Of a stretch of 64,000 nt of DNA, positions 39,749 through 54,325 are shown one piece after another. The notes under the pieces were generated by a model. It saw nothing but the letters and a program-made list of their open reading frames with translations. It was not told where the DNA came from and searched no databases. The position numbers and the translations under genes were made by a program. This DNA is from Syncephalis fuscata S228 (taxonomy: Eukaryota; Fungi; Zoopagomycota): NCBI GenBank assembly GCA_025786725.1, contig JAHLTZ010000024.1:248001-312000 (forward strand), given 5' to 3'. Within the stretch, counting starts at the first letter, position 1. Each line of letters starts with the position of its first letter.

Positions 39749-41463
39749 GATAGTAAGTTAGATAGGATGAAAATACTAAGTAAGAATTGCGACTATTAAT
39801 CAAAATACAGCTACAGTGGTAACAACAATGATTGCAATCAAGTTGCCGTCACAATAGATTTGTTTACATCGATGTTATAATTCAATTAGGTGTGCTATTT
39901 TTACTATATTTAATAATGTTTTACGACCAATACTCGTACTCAATGATGATTTTGCGTTTAACTATTTGCAATTATACGTAGATTGGTTTATGATATGTTT
40001 ATATAGTAACATTAGTATTTAGAAATATGTTCAGTCAAATAGCTGATAAAATAATACATAGATGATTAAGCATTTATGATTATTTAATAAATCTATATTA
40101 TACCTGTAGCTATATGAATGCCAGCCATTATTTCGGTATTATATTGTTTATTAATGTCAGCTGGTTTATTTATCATTCAATTAATGCAAATAGTATATGA
40201 AGTCAATATATAAATCTATAAATAAATAGCACAATAATCGAGCTACAAAGAAGTAGTAAAATAATAATTAAATCATTTGAATCTTTTTTATGCAAATCTA
40301 TCTAGTATAAAATAACCACTTTTATGATAGTTAATTGTATAAATAACATTCATGTTTAACGTAACAAAAATACTTTTACTAATTGTTATTGTTAAATTAA
40401 TTAATAATAAACATGATCGTTACTATTTGACCATTAATACTAAGCATCTATTGATCTTTTAACAATGATAATATGTACAAATAAGCCGCAATTAATTGCT
40501 TAGTAATAAATGGATCATTTAGTCATGCTTTCTTTTCAATGTCTAGCATATTGATAGTGCACGTGAGGACTATTCCACTCAATCGTTTGTAAATCCGGCT
40601 TGTCCAAAGCTGTTATGACTTCATGGGAGCAATGCACGCGCCGACTCTTGCACATATCGCGGCAAGTTGTTGTCTCATGAGCAGTTTGATAAATACCTGC
40701 AGCAAACGGGCCATATCGCCTTTCTGAGGCTAAAGTCGCCTATTTGAGTCTACAGTTTGTATTCTAGCCGCTATTACTTTCTCTTTCGTACCACCGTAAC
40801 TTTACCAAGTAAAACTTCTTTCAAGTCACCGTCGTCATTGTCATTGTCGTAGCCATCACTATTTTTTATTCTTTTCCTTTCGTTTTGTGCAACCATTTTC
40901 TACTAAACGAGTTCCTTACTTGTTATTATTAGCACTATTACACTGTTTTCATTGTTCAGCGTTTGAGGCATTTTTACCGAGATTACTTATTATAGCTTTA
41001 GTTCCTTACTTTTAAGCTCCGCTTTAGCACGCGCATCTTTGAACTAGTCTGTTAGTAGAGTATTATTAGCGGATGTTCTGTTCGGTAGCTGGTTTGCCAA
41101 GACGCACCTTTTCTTTTTTACATTCTGCAATTGCAGCTATATTTGGTATTGTCGTTGTAGTGTGTTCATCATCTTTACTGCTGGACTATTAGTGCCAGCG
41201 TAAGCTTTTATTTAGAGTGCAGTTGCATAGTTAAAGATACGCGTCTTTCTACTGTATCCGTTGGTACTCACGTTTATAAACAGCGGTAGAATTCGACCAA
41301 CGTGAATACCAAACTTTAAGTTTATAGTCTAATTGGCCGGGTTTATACCGACTACATACATTTATTGGTGCCTTTACTACTACTTTCGTTTGACTTTTGA
41401 ATTGTTTTATTTACAGTAGCTGTTGGATACGCACTGCAATAATATATAGTGATTTAGTACACT

Positions 41464-44400
41464 ATGCAACATACATCTGGCTATCATTACAACACTGCTA
41501 GTAACAATAACCATACCAGAAATAATAGCAACAACAGCAACAGCAACAACAACATTAACATTAATAGCAAAACAGGGCATGGTTCTTTGAAAGATCCAGC
41601 ATCTTCAGCAGTACAAACTAATCCATCTACTGCCACGTCCGCTTCAATGCCGCAAAACTATGCCTACAATGCTACTAATAATGGGACGAGCCTGCAGCAA
41701 CATCGTGCACGGGCCCAATCCGTCGAACAGCATACAAGAGTAGAGGAGCAGGTGCAGTCACCGCTATTTCCTGCAGCATATGTATCACCATTACCGCCAC
41801 CAATTGAAGGCGAGGAAATGCATGGCTATCCTTATAATCCGCATAGAAATCCACGGCCACGATCTATGACCGGTCCACAGGCATCTGCAAGGCAAGGGAC
41901 TGCTGCTCAGTCTCCGCGCATGTATCCAGAAAGGCTACGTTATGTGGGTGCAGCTGCTGCGGCCACAGCTGTTGCAGCAGAGGTACAAGCTTCTGGAAAC
42001 AATGCTATACTTGCTAATACTACTGGCTACAATCACAGTCAAAATCATAACTATTTACAACATCATCCAACACCATGGATAAACGTGCCATGTCTGCAGA
42101 ATCGGCCATTAGTGTACCGCTTAATGGCCGTCGTGGATCTGGCAGTAACGGGGTAAATTCGCGTACACAATCAGTAAGCACTGCTGGTAATAGTGCTTAT
42201 TCGTCACATTTACCCTCGCCACTTTCACCTACCGTTATTACAGGCGGGTCACCACGGGGTGAACGACGCTGGCGTGAACGACGCAACAGTAACGGCAACA
42301 CGCGTATGCCCAGAGTCCAGATAATCACTTATACGATATGTCAATCACATCGACACTGCAACATATGTCACCTAGTGAAATGGAACGACCACGTGGCTAT
42401 TTCTCATCTGCTCATCCAAGCAATTCGCCAACACCGCTGCGCAGAAGTTTAGACTCGAGTCATGAACGAGAAAATATGAATAATTTAATACTGCAAACAA
42501 ACAATGCCACTTTTAATACATCGACACAAACAAAGTCATCTTCAGCACCACATCCATCGCCGGCTGACTCGCTTTCGCGTATGTCACATGGCGAACAAGA
42601 ACGTCGACATCATCACCAACAGCATCAACATCGTGGGTCAGGTCCAGAACATTCTATGGCTGATGCCGACATGAATGGCACAAGTTATGCTATTGGCGAA
42701 GGCCATGTATCGCGTGCTCCTTCATTACGAGCAGTAGCTGGTATCAGTAATGGTGTGGCACCTGGAACCGTAACTTATATGCCTGTCAGATCGCCACCAA
42801 TACCTTCACGTAGGCCGTCTATTAAGACCGAATCACCTGTTGCCGGCCAATCTCCAATTAATCATGTTAGACAACTATCATTAGTACAGTTTGAAAAGAG
42901 TATTGAATATGATGAATCACTTTCCAAGTCACTGTCGGATTTAACACGTAAGTACTAATCGCGTGTGTGTATTTGTGTGTGTATTTGTGTGTGTATTTGT
43001 TTATATGTGTGAGTGGGTGGTGTAAAGCTGGCTAAATGGGTGCCAGTAAGAATAATAATTAAAAGGTGTTATTATTTTTATTGGCACCTATTAAGCCAGC
43101 TTTACACACACAGCAAATATGGTGGGTGCGTGTGTATGTGTGTCCTTGTACTTTGTGACATGGAGCTTCTCTCTTTCCTGTCTCTTGATATTCAGAAAGT
43201 TTCAATTGTCATCTCTAGTCGTTATTGTTGTTGACTTGTTACCATAGCCGATCTTTTTTCCTTTCCTTCTCTTTTCTGCGTCTGTACTGGGTGTATTCCT
43301 ATTATTTGATTCCACCTCAGTAGCCGATTGGTTAATACTCATTTGTTCTCAGGCGCTAAGAGACAGGGAGGTGCTTGGTAAGCGTTTGCTACAATATACT
43401 GTTGGGTTGCATGGCTGTATTCTCTTTTCTTCTTCTTCTTGGATACGTTGTATCTAATACCTAGTTTTACTACTGGCCTGGATGACAAGCATTTGGCTAG
43501 TAACTGACCAGATTTATTTATATAAATAGAATTGCGCGGTATGGCAAGCCAAGGAAGTACTGCTGGCTCGCCAAGTAATATTGGCCAAGGAGGAGGCAGT
43601 GGCGCCAACAGTAGCAGTAGTGGCGTCAACAGCGCCAATGCTACTCCATATGCTAATCGCCGTACTTCATGGAAAAGCGGGCCGGCCGGTCCTGTATTAG
43701 GACGTAAGGGTAGCGAATCGAGCGAATTTAGCGCCCATTCAACTGCGCCCACACTTGGTAATACCATGGAGTCTGTGACAGCCGTTAATGGTAATGGTGG
43801 CACAAGCAGCACCACCTTGACCAATAACACAAATAATGGATATGGTACGCCTACTAGTGCTAGTAGAGATAATGCTAACACATCCGTGATGACGGTGGGA
43901 ACAAATATAACATCAACAACTGCCGCTACTACAAATAATACCAACACACTTAATGGCTACGCGACGGGATATGTGCATAATATAGGTGCCAACGGAGTAA
44001 TTGGTGCAGGCTCTACACCGGCACCAGCACCCGTACCGGCACTTTATTGGAGTAAAGCAAGTACATTTGGCAAATCGCCACCAAAAGCATTACGTGCACA
44101 TACAGTTACAGTGGTCGGAGAACGTTTGTTTGTATTTGGCGGCTGTGATGCCCGAATATGCTTCCACGATTTATACATTTTTGACGCGGATACAATGTAC
44201 TGGTCGCGTCCACAGACACGTGGTGATCTGCCACGTAATTGCCGTGCCCATTCAGCCACATTAGTAGGACGGCAGTTATTCGTATTTGGCGGTGGTGACG
44301 GCCCCAACTATTTTAATCATCTTTATTTGCTTGATACGGGTAAGTATTAAATAATTATTAATTAAATCGATTTGTATTAATTGTTATTTATTAATGTAGA

Positions 44401-45079
44401 GACTTTAACTTGGCAACTTGCCCAGCAAAAGGGCGACATACCAGGTCCACGTCGTGCACATACCACTTGTTACTTTGATGGCTATTTATATCTGTTTGGC
44501 GGAGGAGATGGTGTTCGTGCGCTAAACGACGTCTATCGACTGAATACACGCGATTTAACAAATTTACAATGGACACAGCTTCATCCTAGTGGCGAGCCGC
44601 CTATTGCCCGTGGATATCATACAGCAACACATGTCGGTAGTAAGTTGGTAGTATTTGGCGGATCAGATGGACACGAGTGCTTTAGCGATGCACATGTGCT
44701 TGATTTTGTAACATGCACATGGTCTTCTTTATCGTTAAATGAAGCAATACCACGTCTATCGCACACTACTACACTCGTGGGGTCTTATCTATTTGTTATT
44801 GGCGGCCACGACGGAGCAAAATATTGTAATGACGTGCTTTTACTTAATCTGGTTACCATGAACTGGGAAAGACGGCGAGTATACGGTCGACAGCCATCAG
44901 GGCGTGGCTACCATACCTGTGTTTTATATGATTCGCGGCTTTTTGTCTATGGCGGCTACGATGGCCAGTCGGTATTTGATGAGGTATGGATACTGGAATT
45001 ATCGGCCAGTGCATATCTACCACAGATTAAGAACTTTGAAATTACCGAGGTGAGCGGTTTAACCAACGAAAATATGTAA
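41464..45079 (+). CDS. Kelch-repeat protein with long low-complexity N-terminus (apparent frameshifts near 42060 and 42330)
   Basis: Six repeats of RxxH-T...LFVFGG-DG...ND in 44050-45000. Confidence 0.85.
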
Positions 45080-45746
45080 TATATTACATATTATTGATAT
45101 TTTAAATCAAGCTATATTTTATCAATGACTTTTCGACAACACTTGCTACTTATAAATGGCCGGCAATTGGCATTCTGGATTGATACTAGCGCAGCCATTT
45201 GTTGTTCATGCCTTACATTTCTTTCTCTGCGGCTTGCTTATTTACTTTGTTGTTACTCTTTATTGCAATTAATTATCCCGTGACAGTCTATCAAGATTGG
45301 CATTAATTATATAAAAACGTTAATGTAGCACCTTTTAATCAATGACAAAATCCTCAACATTTAATTAAATGATTATTTGCAAATGATGCATCGACATGCT
45401 AGTATCTGCACTCCAATATTGGTGTTTAAATTGATGTTTCAGAATTGCTTACAACATACGAAAGTTGGAATAAATAATGAATCTTTGATACTGCATATCT
45501 ACACGATCGACATGTATGACTCAATCGATCTGTAGATCCTTTATTTAATTATAATTAGCAAACAATTAGAGTGTATGGCCCCTTTGACGATACTCCTGCA
45601 AATCAGCCGCGCCCCTGCATCGGCTCCTTTAGCAAAATAAACAATCGACGACCCTGTTGCGCCGATTAAATATCGCATGCAATGTAGCTTTGCAAATTAA
45701 AATCATTTAGTTGAATATATATCTATATACATTAGCTACTTACAAT

Positions 45747-47047
45747 ATGTCACTTTTATTTAGTCGTATCAGTTATTCTACTGTGTTTACAGTAGGCTTA
45801 GCGCTTTCACTCGTATCACATTCATTAATAGCTACAGCTAATAGTGTTAAAGTGACATCGCTCAACACTAATACTAATCAGCATCATCACCACCAGCATA
45901 GTAATCACCATGTTCAGAAAACAAATCTATTAGTAACACCACGAGCTTTATCGTCCTCTATTGCACTGGACCGACGACAAGTTGCACCAGGACAGCGGTG
46001 TGGTGGCGATAATCATAACCAAAGTTGTCCTTTCGGCCAGTGCTGTTCTCAATATGGCTGGTAAGTAGTAATTATTACCTAGTGCTATTCAGTAGAGTGT
46101 GCTGTATGGATTAGTTTGGCTATTGTATTTACATATGCTTCCTTATTAGGTGTGGCGTGACCACAAAGCATTGTAGTACTGGATGCCAAAATGAATTTGG
46201 CAAATGTAATGACGGCGGCCCCCGAGAACCGCGCAAGACCACTAATCCACGAAACGGTGACACGGATAACCGCGCGAATACTGCGGATGAGGAAGGCAAC
46301 GACAATCCTGGCCTTATTCTCTACACGTGTAAGGTACCTCGTTCATTTGCCATGACATTTGACGATGGACCAGGCATGGTAAGTAAACAATAGTGACAAT
46401 AATGCATTACTAAATACAACGACACTTTAATGTAATGATAATAATAATTAAACACTTTATAGTTATTTGACAAAGTACTCGAGACATTGGCTCGGTTAAA
46501 TGTTAAAGCGACTTTTTTCATTAATGGTAATAATGTGGCCAATCTTAACGAACCAACCGATGCCCAAAAAGTGTTACGCGCCTTCCGAGCTGGTCATCAA
46601 ATCGCGTCACACACTTACTCGCACGCCGATCTTGACCAACTCAACGATGCTGGTATCCGTGACGAAATGGGTCGACTCGATCGCATACTCGTCCGTATTA
46701 TTGGACGCCGACCCGTTTACATGCGACCACCCTTTGGTAATGCCAACACCAATACGCAACGTACACTAAATACGCTTGGATACCGCATCATCAACTGGAA
46801 TATTGATACACTTGACTGGCAGCACCCTAATGACGCGCAAGCCTCATTAAAGGCTTACCGTGAAGCACTAGATCGCGTACCTACTGCAAGTCAACGCGTG
46901 TCATTCATCTCACTTCAGCATGATATCCAACCATCTACAGCAACCAACCTCATTGAGGATGCCGTACGCTTGGTGCGACAACGTGGATTCCGACTAATGC
47001 GTGTCGACGAATGTATGGGTGATGCAGGCGGTGCCTATAGAGATTAA
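45747..47047 (+). CDS. Secreted chitin deacetylase (CBM18 hevein + CE4 NodB domain)
   Basis: CG..CPFGQCCSQYGWCG..HCSTGCQ; TFDDGP, HTYSH, MRPPFG, LQHD catalytic motifs. Confidence 0.93.
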
Positions 47048-48455
47048 TGAGAGTAAAATAGGCTATGGTCTAGTCTACTCCATAGACAATAGTAGTCACA
47101 CAAACACAAACACGCACACAAGCACAAAGAAAGAAAGAAAGAAAGAGTGTAAACACAAATGTTAAAGGACCATAGGAAAGTTCTTTATGATTATTTGATG
47201 ACACATTAGAATAAATGGACTTTACTTCTTTATTCTGTGTACTAATCGTGTCCTTTCATAACTAGGTATTGTTTGTTAAGCGGACTAATAAACCGGCCTA
47301 TACTAAACAAAAAATAAAGATTTACGGACAGATATCTAGCCTATTGTAAATAAAATACCGCGCTATCTGTTATAGTAATTTCTATTCCTAATCCCCACCA
47401 ACGTGCTATTATTAGTACAACAGCTAAAAAAGGCCCGTCTATTATTATACTAAAACCAGTGCTATCAAGGCTAGATTGAACAAACGGAGTAGCCATTGCT
47501 AAGAAAAGCCACGGATGCTAGCATAGATTTGTTTCTATCTTTCTTCCTTTGGTTGTGCTGATTATTCCGGTGTTATGGCATTGTTTTCGCGCCTGCATTG
47601 TACACATGGATAAAACGCCAACACGGAGTGCAGGGACTGTATCCATTGACTTGTCAACTAAGTGGATCCTTGCATGGCACTGTTTTCTTTTATTTTTGCA
47701 TTTTATTTTTGCATTTTATTAGACAAATGACGCATTGTAATAACTGTGTTGTTAATAATAATGATCGTCATAAATATAATGGTCATTGATACACACGCAC
47801 ACACCATACATAAGGTGTGCTTCCATTTCAAGTATTTTTCTGGAATAATCATGAATGGCACAAATAAAGAGCGAATTATCAACGCTTTGGCCAAAGTGAA
47901 GTTCTTAATGTTCAACACGTGCAACAGACAATCATTTTTACTTGTTTGAACGTACAAGTAATAAAACCCAGCAAGCCTCGCCTATTCTGTCAGCCGCCAC
48001 GTTTTAATTATATCATTTGGTGCATAAATCTATTTATTCACCTCTTTTCTTTATTTTCACCATACTGAACCTCTCTAACGAACCTTATGATATTGATTTA
48101 TGTTTAAGCCTGTTTTACAACAACAAAGTGGTATTTAACCTCAATACGCCAATCTTTTATCCAAACGATTACGCTTGCTTATTTGTATTCGACTTTTTAC
48201 GCTTTCTATCTATACGCCCACTCACACTCACCCGCTTGCACACACACACACACACTAGTTGGCTTGGTGTTTTACACTACTGACAACAAGTACCAAAGCT
48301 GTTAACGTCACGCCACGCCACCGTCACATACTTGGATATCTTTTGCAGGCACGAAGGTATTGTCGCCTGCTACTGGATTAGCATATTTCGACAACTTTTA
48401 GATATCCGTTACCATCGTTACTGCGCATATTCCCCACTACGCACAACTAGCCATT

Positions 48456-49472
48456 ATGCCAATTCCTACGCTTTCTGTGCATCCGGCTGATATGTCACCC
48501 GATAATAGCCCAATGCGTCCCTTTTCTCGTTCTATCACGGCTGAAAATATGTCACGTTCCCCAACAGCCACAACCTCTACTGCACCGAACAATATGTCCA
48601 CCACATCACATCGATTTGAAAACGATGCATCGACTATCTATAGTCGATCGTCACATGACGGTAATTGGGCTTCGCGATTTGATGTCATGCTTTCTTCTTC
48701 GCCCAATGATAATACACTTCGTGATACTACTACAGCAGCTCACCTTGAGCGTCTTCATTGTCGCCGCCCTTCTGATGTTCCCCTGGCCATGCCTATCGCA
48801 GCATATACTGCTGCACCCACAGCGGACCGTACCAGTGATGAAAACAGCTGTCGTGCTGTTTCAGGTGACCCCGGCGCTGCCAGTATTAGTGAATTGCGAC
48901 GCCAACTAAGCGAAGCTGAGGCAGCGCTTATTGAAAATGTCTCGCAATGGAAATTCCATTGGCACGAGATGGCTGAGGTCGAACGGCTACGTCGATTGGT
49001 TCGTGAGGGAGAAAAGCAGCTTGTCCTACAAAAGGAGAATAGCTTGTCATCTGCCAAATCAGCTGGTAGAAATTCGTCATCCAACACGGCTGCAGCTGCT
49101 GTAGCACGTCGTCGTTCTAGCAGTTACACCCAGGCACGTGTGCCAGTTGTCGGCTGTTTGCCATTAAATTTTGCATCCGGTTTCCGTCGCAGTGTTGATC
49201 GGACCTTTTCTAATCAGCGTCGTCCATTGGAGAATACGGTCGTATCCACACCATCACCACCACCACCACCTTCTCCAGTACCAGTATCTCAGTATAACGA
49301 TAGCGACTATTGTGACATTACTAACGACTCTTTGAATGTTACATTTCATCATGCACGACGTGCCTCGTGGTCGTCTTGCGATAGCTCTGGACGCAAACGT
49401 GCCAATGCCATTTCTGAGTCACGTCCGGCATCACCACAAGTACAGCCACAGACCCATCATTACCAACAATAA
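48456..49472 (+). CDS. Hypothetical Ser-rich disordered protein with a short coiled coil
   Basis: 338-aa GC-richer ORF with RRxS motifs and ELRRQLSEAEAAL..EVERLRRLV heptads. Confidence 0.6.
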   Translation: MPIPTLSVHPADMSPDNSPMRPFSRSITAENMSRSPTATTSTAPNNMSTTSHRFENDASTIYSRSSHDGNWASRFDVMLSSSPNDNTLRDTTTAAHLERLHCRRPSDVPLAMPIAAYTAAPTADRTSDENSCRAVSGDPGAASISELRRQLSEAEAALIENVSQWKFHWHEMAEVERLRRLVREGEKQLVLQKENSLSSAKSAGRNSSSNTAAAAVARRRSSSYTQARVPVVGCLPLNFASGFRRSVDRTFSNQRRPLENTVVSTPSPPPPPSPVPVSQYNDSDYCDITNDSLNVTFHHARRASWSSCDSSGRKRANAISESRPASPQVQPQTHHYQQ

Positions 49473-49989
49473 CTTCGTTTTTATTTTTAATTTGACAAAG
49501 TTATAAATGCTGTGTTTCTATATTTAGCGTATCCGTATATATATATATGTGCGTTATCAAAGCGATAACGATAGAGAAGTAGTGATGATTTAAAAAGTTT
49601 AAAGTTATATTAGTATTATTATTATTATTAAAATATTAGCATATTAGAATATTGTTACAACTCTGATTTTAAAAACTGTAAATTAGATGATCAATAATAC
49701 AGTGGAGTGGCTGCTTCATATTGATTTAATAATAAATTTATTTTTTATTAACCATTAAACAACACAACTTGATTATATTGTATTTATTGATATTAAATAA
49801 AACATGCTAGTTACGATACTTGAACAATTTGAATATTATTTACTAGATAATTTTAAGAAGGTGAATGTGTAATCAGTTGCATTACGGAGAGGAAGAATGA
49901 TTGGCTGGTTTCACGTCTGAATTCAATCGGACTTTTGTTATTTCTTGTTTTGTGTGTGAAAACATTATGTATATATATATTGCTACCAT

Positions 49990-50390
49990 TACATTACGGT
50001 TCTATATTATACCACAAGTTTGGCATTTGGGCACAACATGTATTTTACGCTTTAATCCAATAGTTGTCATGTTTTCCAATGTTTTATTTTTAAATTTGTT
50101 ACAAACTTGGTTTGTTGAATACTCATCAACGTAAATAAACTCAATATTCAGCGCACCAATGAAAGACAAGCTATCTGTTCATATGCGACGAATCATTGCA
50201 ACTATCAAGTAATTAGCCAATAGTTCTAATAGTTTGTTGAATTTATTTAAGTTGCTAAGTTTAGGACAAGTCAAGTTTGTAACAAATTTAAAAATAAAAC
50301 ATCGAAAATATGACAGCTATTGGATTAAAGCGTAAAATACATGTTGTGCCCAAATGCCAAACTTGTGGTATAATATGGACCATAATGTTA
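49990..50390. repeat. Long inverted repeat (foldback/MITE-like or hairpin RNA)
   Basis: 50004-50063 is the perfect reverse complement of 50317-50376; arms extend imperfectly to ~150 bp around a ~90-bp spacer. Confidence 0.9.
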
Positions 50391-50698
50391 TAGCTACTAA
50401 AAATATATAGCACGTTTTATTCAAAAATATTTAACATTCATTCATGCATTACTCAAAATGGAAGGTTTTATCAAGTGGGAGGATATATATGTATCATAAC
50501 TGGTTAAACGCATCTTAATAAGTAATGACAGCATGGTCTATTTTAAGTGGTGACATAAATGAGCCAAAGAATAAAACTGCAAAAAAGACATAAAATGCAG
50601 TATGTTCATTACAATTACTCATTATTTTGCACGATAAATACACTGTTCTTTGCTCTTACTTTTTCTACGTATTTTTTTAAAAACGAATTATAGATACG

Positions 50699-52267
50699 AT
50701 GACAATCATAAAGTGGAATCAACTTACAATGCTAAGCAGTGTCTTAGCATTGTTATTGATTGTTCAACCTATATATACTATACCGCGTAAAGTTGAAATG
50801 GCCGGATGTAAGTTATTATGTCAGGTACTGCATTCATTTATACTAATAACATCAATGCATAGTAAATCGGATAGCTAATCCACTGCAAGTAGGCAACGGC
50901 CTTAATATACCTGCTGAATTTGATCAGGATGACGAGATATCATGGGATCAACAATTAAATGGCAGAAATGTGGAGATTATATGTCGTGTACGAACTAATC
51001 TTAATAACCAATTTCTGTTTTTACAGGTACTTGTTAAATATTACCAATAATACAACCAATTATTAATCACAACATTTCAGGACCTTCAACGCAATCAAGC
51101 ATTATTACAAAATGATCCTGGGCACCAATATGTTTTACATCCATACGCATCGCTCATTCTTCGAGGCAAACTCTGCTTTATTATGCCTCAGTCATCTGAT
51201 AACAGCTTAAAAATAGCCATGCACCTACTTGCATCTCCTGATGACGATTTCGATTCACTCAGGGAAACACTATCATCTTCTGATAAAGCCAGAGCAACAT
51301 TACCATTTTTTATTAAAATAATACAAAGTAGGGCTAATCAGTATATTATGAACATACAAAATACTAAGTAACATGCAATTAATAGGTATTAATTATATTC
51401 ACAAAGTTGGATGGAGTGGTATTACTTCCGGCGTTTTTGGTAAGAACATACCACGTTAACATTTAAAAATACTACTAACTAGATATCATAGGTGCCGTTA
51501 TATTGAATTCTAACATAAAACCGATTATCAATGTCATGGAAATGCAACCAAAACGCATTGAATTTAGAAACAATGCCGTGGTATTGGTAAATCCACCTAA
51601 ACCAACCATTCTGTATTCTCCTGAATGGATCACAAATACTAAGATCGATCCGCGTAAAGCTGATCTATGGGAAATTGGCGAATTTCTTTATCTGAATAAA
51701 TACAGCAAGTATTATCTTAGCCCAAACGGTCATCCGGAACGAACAATAAGAGGCGCCTTTCCTAAGATATCAGATATACAACCGAACACTGGTGATATAA
51801 AAGAACAATTCAAAAAATTCATGCCTCATTTCAAGAAATTTATTGAAGAAAGCTATAGAAATGCTGTTAGAGTGGACAATAACAATCGAGCTGTTTTACT
51901 AAATACAAATACTGGCCTTCCAACAAATATCATTGCTACATCGCCATCGCCACTCAAACATATCCCTTTAACGCCAGAAATACTGAAATTACTAGAGCAT
52001 ATGCCGGATGATTTTCATGAAAATTCCCCTCTTACGACACATTCACGATTTTTAGCTAATGGATTTTTCCAATTGGGAATATATTGTAAAGTTACCAGCG
52101 AGTATATACAATATCCCAATGAATATGGGGCCATATTAGACATGATAAATAAGCTACTGCCAGTCAATGTTGAAGAACGGTTAACGCCAGAGCAATACTT
52201 GAGTCAGATTAATAGCAATGCAAATGCTAATCGTTTGAATCCATCTGGTCAACAATCTTCATCATAA
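50699..52267 (+). CDS. Secreted protein-kinase-like protein, probably a pseudokinase
   Basis: Signal peptide; IIQSINYIHKVGW (subdomain VIa), YSPEW (APE), KADLWEIG (IX), LLPVNVEERLT (XI); no HRD or DFG. Confidence 0.7.
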
Positions 52268-53181
52268 ACGATTACTTTTAGTAATAAATATTGATATTGA
52301 TATTCAATTTTTTGGCATGCTAGTATACTGTATAAAATGTGTTTTTTTAGTACAATAATTAACACTAAATGGTACTGTAGAATATTATTCAGCATTTTAA
52401 CATCCGTTCATTCATGCTGGTTAAATAAAAATACAACAGTTCTTATTTTGATTTGGAAATTAACAATCATCTTTAGTTTGATATGCATCAATTAAAGAGG
52501 TCAATCGCTTATTTACCACATTTAATTATTTCAAATGTCAAATATAATACTTAGTATAGTTGTAAAACAAGCAATAGTTTAAATGTAAAGTCGTTTTTGT
52601 TGTTTATAATACCATGTTATAACATGTGCCGTTTTATACAGCTGTGTTGGTATTTATAATGCTGAAATACATCATCAAAAGGCATAATGTGCCAACAAAA
52701 CTACATGTAATCTTATGACACTTTGCAAGTTTACCAACATATTACTTCATTAACAGGCTGATATTTACAAACTGTAAGTTTTAAGCAGTTACCACTTGAC
52801 AAATAGTTTTCCAAGCTGTTTTCTTGAATGAATATCATTAATTTGATTACAAATTTTATAAATGTTTGGCAATTCTATAAATGCAAAATTGATTTACTTG
52901 GTATATATAGCACCTTTTATATAATAATCATAAATAACATTAGCTTGGATGAAAAGATATTATTCAATAAATATAATAAACAATTATATTATTTACACTA
53001 AAACTAATTGCAGTTTGCATGCTAACTATCACATATCTTTTTATATAATTCACTTGGTAATATAAATTATTAATATGAACATTATTTACAAGTTAAAGCA
53101 ATTAATTATATTTAACACAAGATAATCAAGCGTCTATGTTTACAGCCGGATAACATGTGATCCCGCCATGCTTCCTGAGAA

Positions 53182-53823
53182 TTAACGATCTTTGTGCATA
53201 TACCAATCGATGGCTGCCGAGAAGGCCGCAAAGCCAGCACAGCCACCTACAACCATCTTGGGCCCACCTAATTATTACTATTCAGTTGTGCTGTTAATTA
53301 TAATTTGGCTATTAAACCTACCCTTGGCAGCAAGAATACCACCAGTAATACATCCAGCTGATACACTATTGTATAAATCATTGGTTGCACGATACTAAGG
53401 TTTATACAGTAAGCAATTCTGTAATCAAATAAACAAGCTATTGACACATACTGATTTGATATAACATTCCACGCCTGTATAAATAGCAGCTACTACCGCA
53501 AAATTTTTAGCAGATGAATAGCTTCGTTTGCCCATATCCTTGAAAACATCCTTCACTTGCTCCTTCAATTTTGGTTCCGGTCGATTCAAGTGCTGTTCAG
53601 GTGTGGAAAAGTCCAAACCCGCCATAAATAGACCAAATAACGCGCCGAGACCAAAACCTACACGCGTCATTACGTGCTAAGTAGTTGTCAATTTAACACG
53701 GCTATTAAACACTTACCGGCACCTCCACTGAATACTGTTTTAGCAGCACAAGATTCCATCACTTGATGTGCAATCTTTTGCTGGTCCGCTGTTGGCGGGT
53801 TTGAAAAATGAAAAAAACGACAT
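53182..53823 (-). CDS. TIM22: Mitochondrial inner-membrane translocase Tim22
   Basis: MESC..KTVFSGGAGFGLGALFGLFM, SSAKNFAVV, ECYIKSYRATNDLYN..AGC, GCAGFAAFSAAID; start uncertain because of a homopolymer frameshift. Confidence 0.92.
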
Positions 53824-54325
53824 GGCCAATGAATGCTCAGTTAAACGGAGGGAAACGAAATAAAAGTATTTTTAGCATAAATTTTAATCTAATACGATAA
53901 CTATTATAATTAAATTCTAGTTATAATACTTACTGGTAATTATTCGATGCTTTAATAAATCTACTGAATTAAATAATTTCTAATAGAATTACGATTAAAA
54001 TGTACAAACTACGCTTAGTTAAATCTAGGTAGGATGAGGAATTTGCCATATTAACTTTTTAGTTAAAGTTAAACTTAAGGCATCGACTAATATAATGATT
54101 TGTAGTGAAGTATAGTACAATTAATAAACTACATGTACATTGTTCTAGAAAGGAGTAACCATAAGCGGTATTAATGGGTTACATCAATAATCCTTGGACT
54201 TGCTACTGTAATTCTTTGTAAACAACTGATATTCTCCTTGTTTTTAAACATACTTTATTAGCCACAGCTGTTGTTATTATTATTTTAGTATAGTCATCTA
54301 TATACAATATGATTACTGAAAAACT

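Noticed and set aside
42960-43015. TG-rich microsatellite (also TATAC at ~8455 and GAAA at ~47128)
   Set aside because: Ordinary intronic or UTR simple repeats.
43339-43947. 202-aa hydrophobic minus-strand ORF (similarly 63114-63614)
   Set aside because: Antisense of Thr/Asn/Ala/Gln-rich exons of the Kelch and TAF12 genes.
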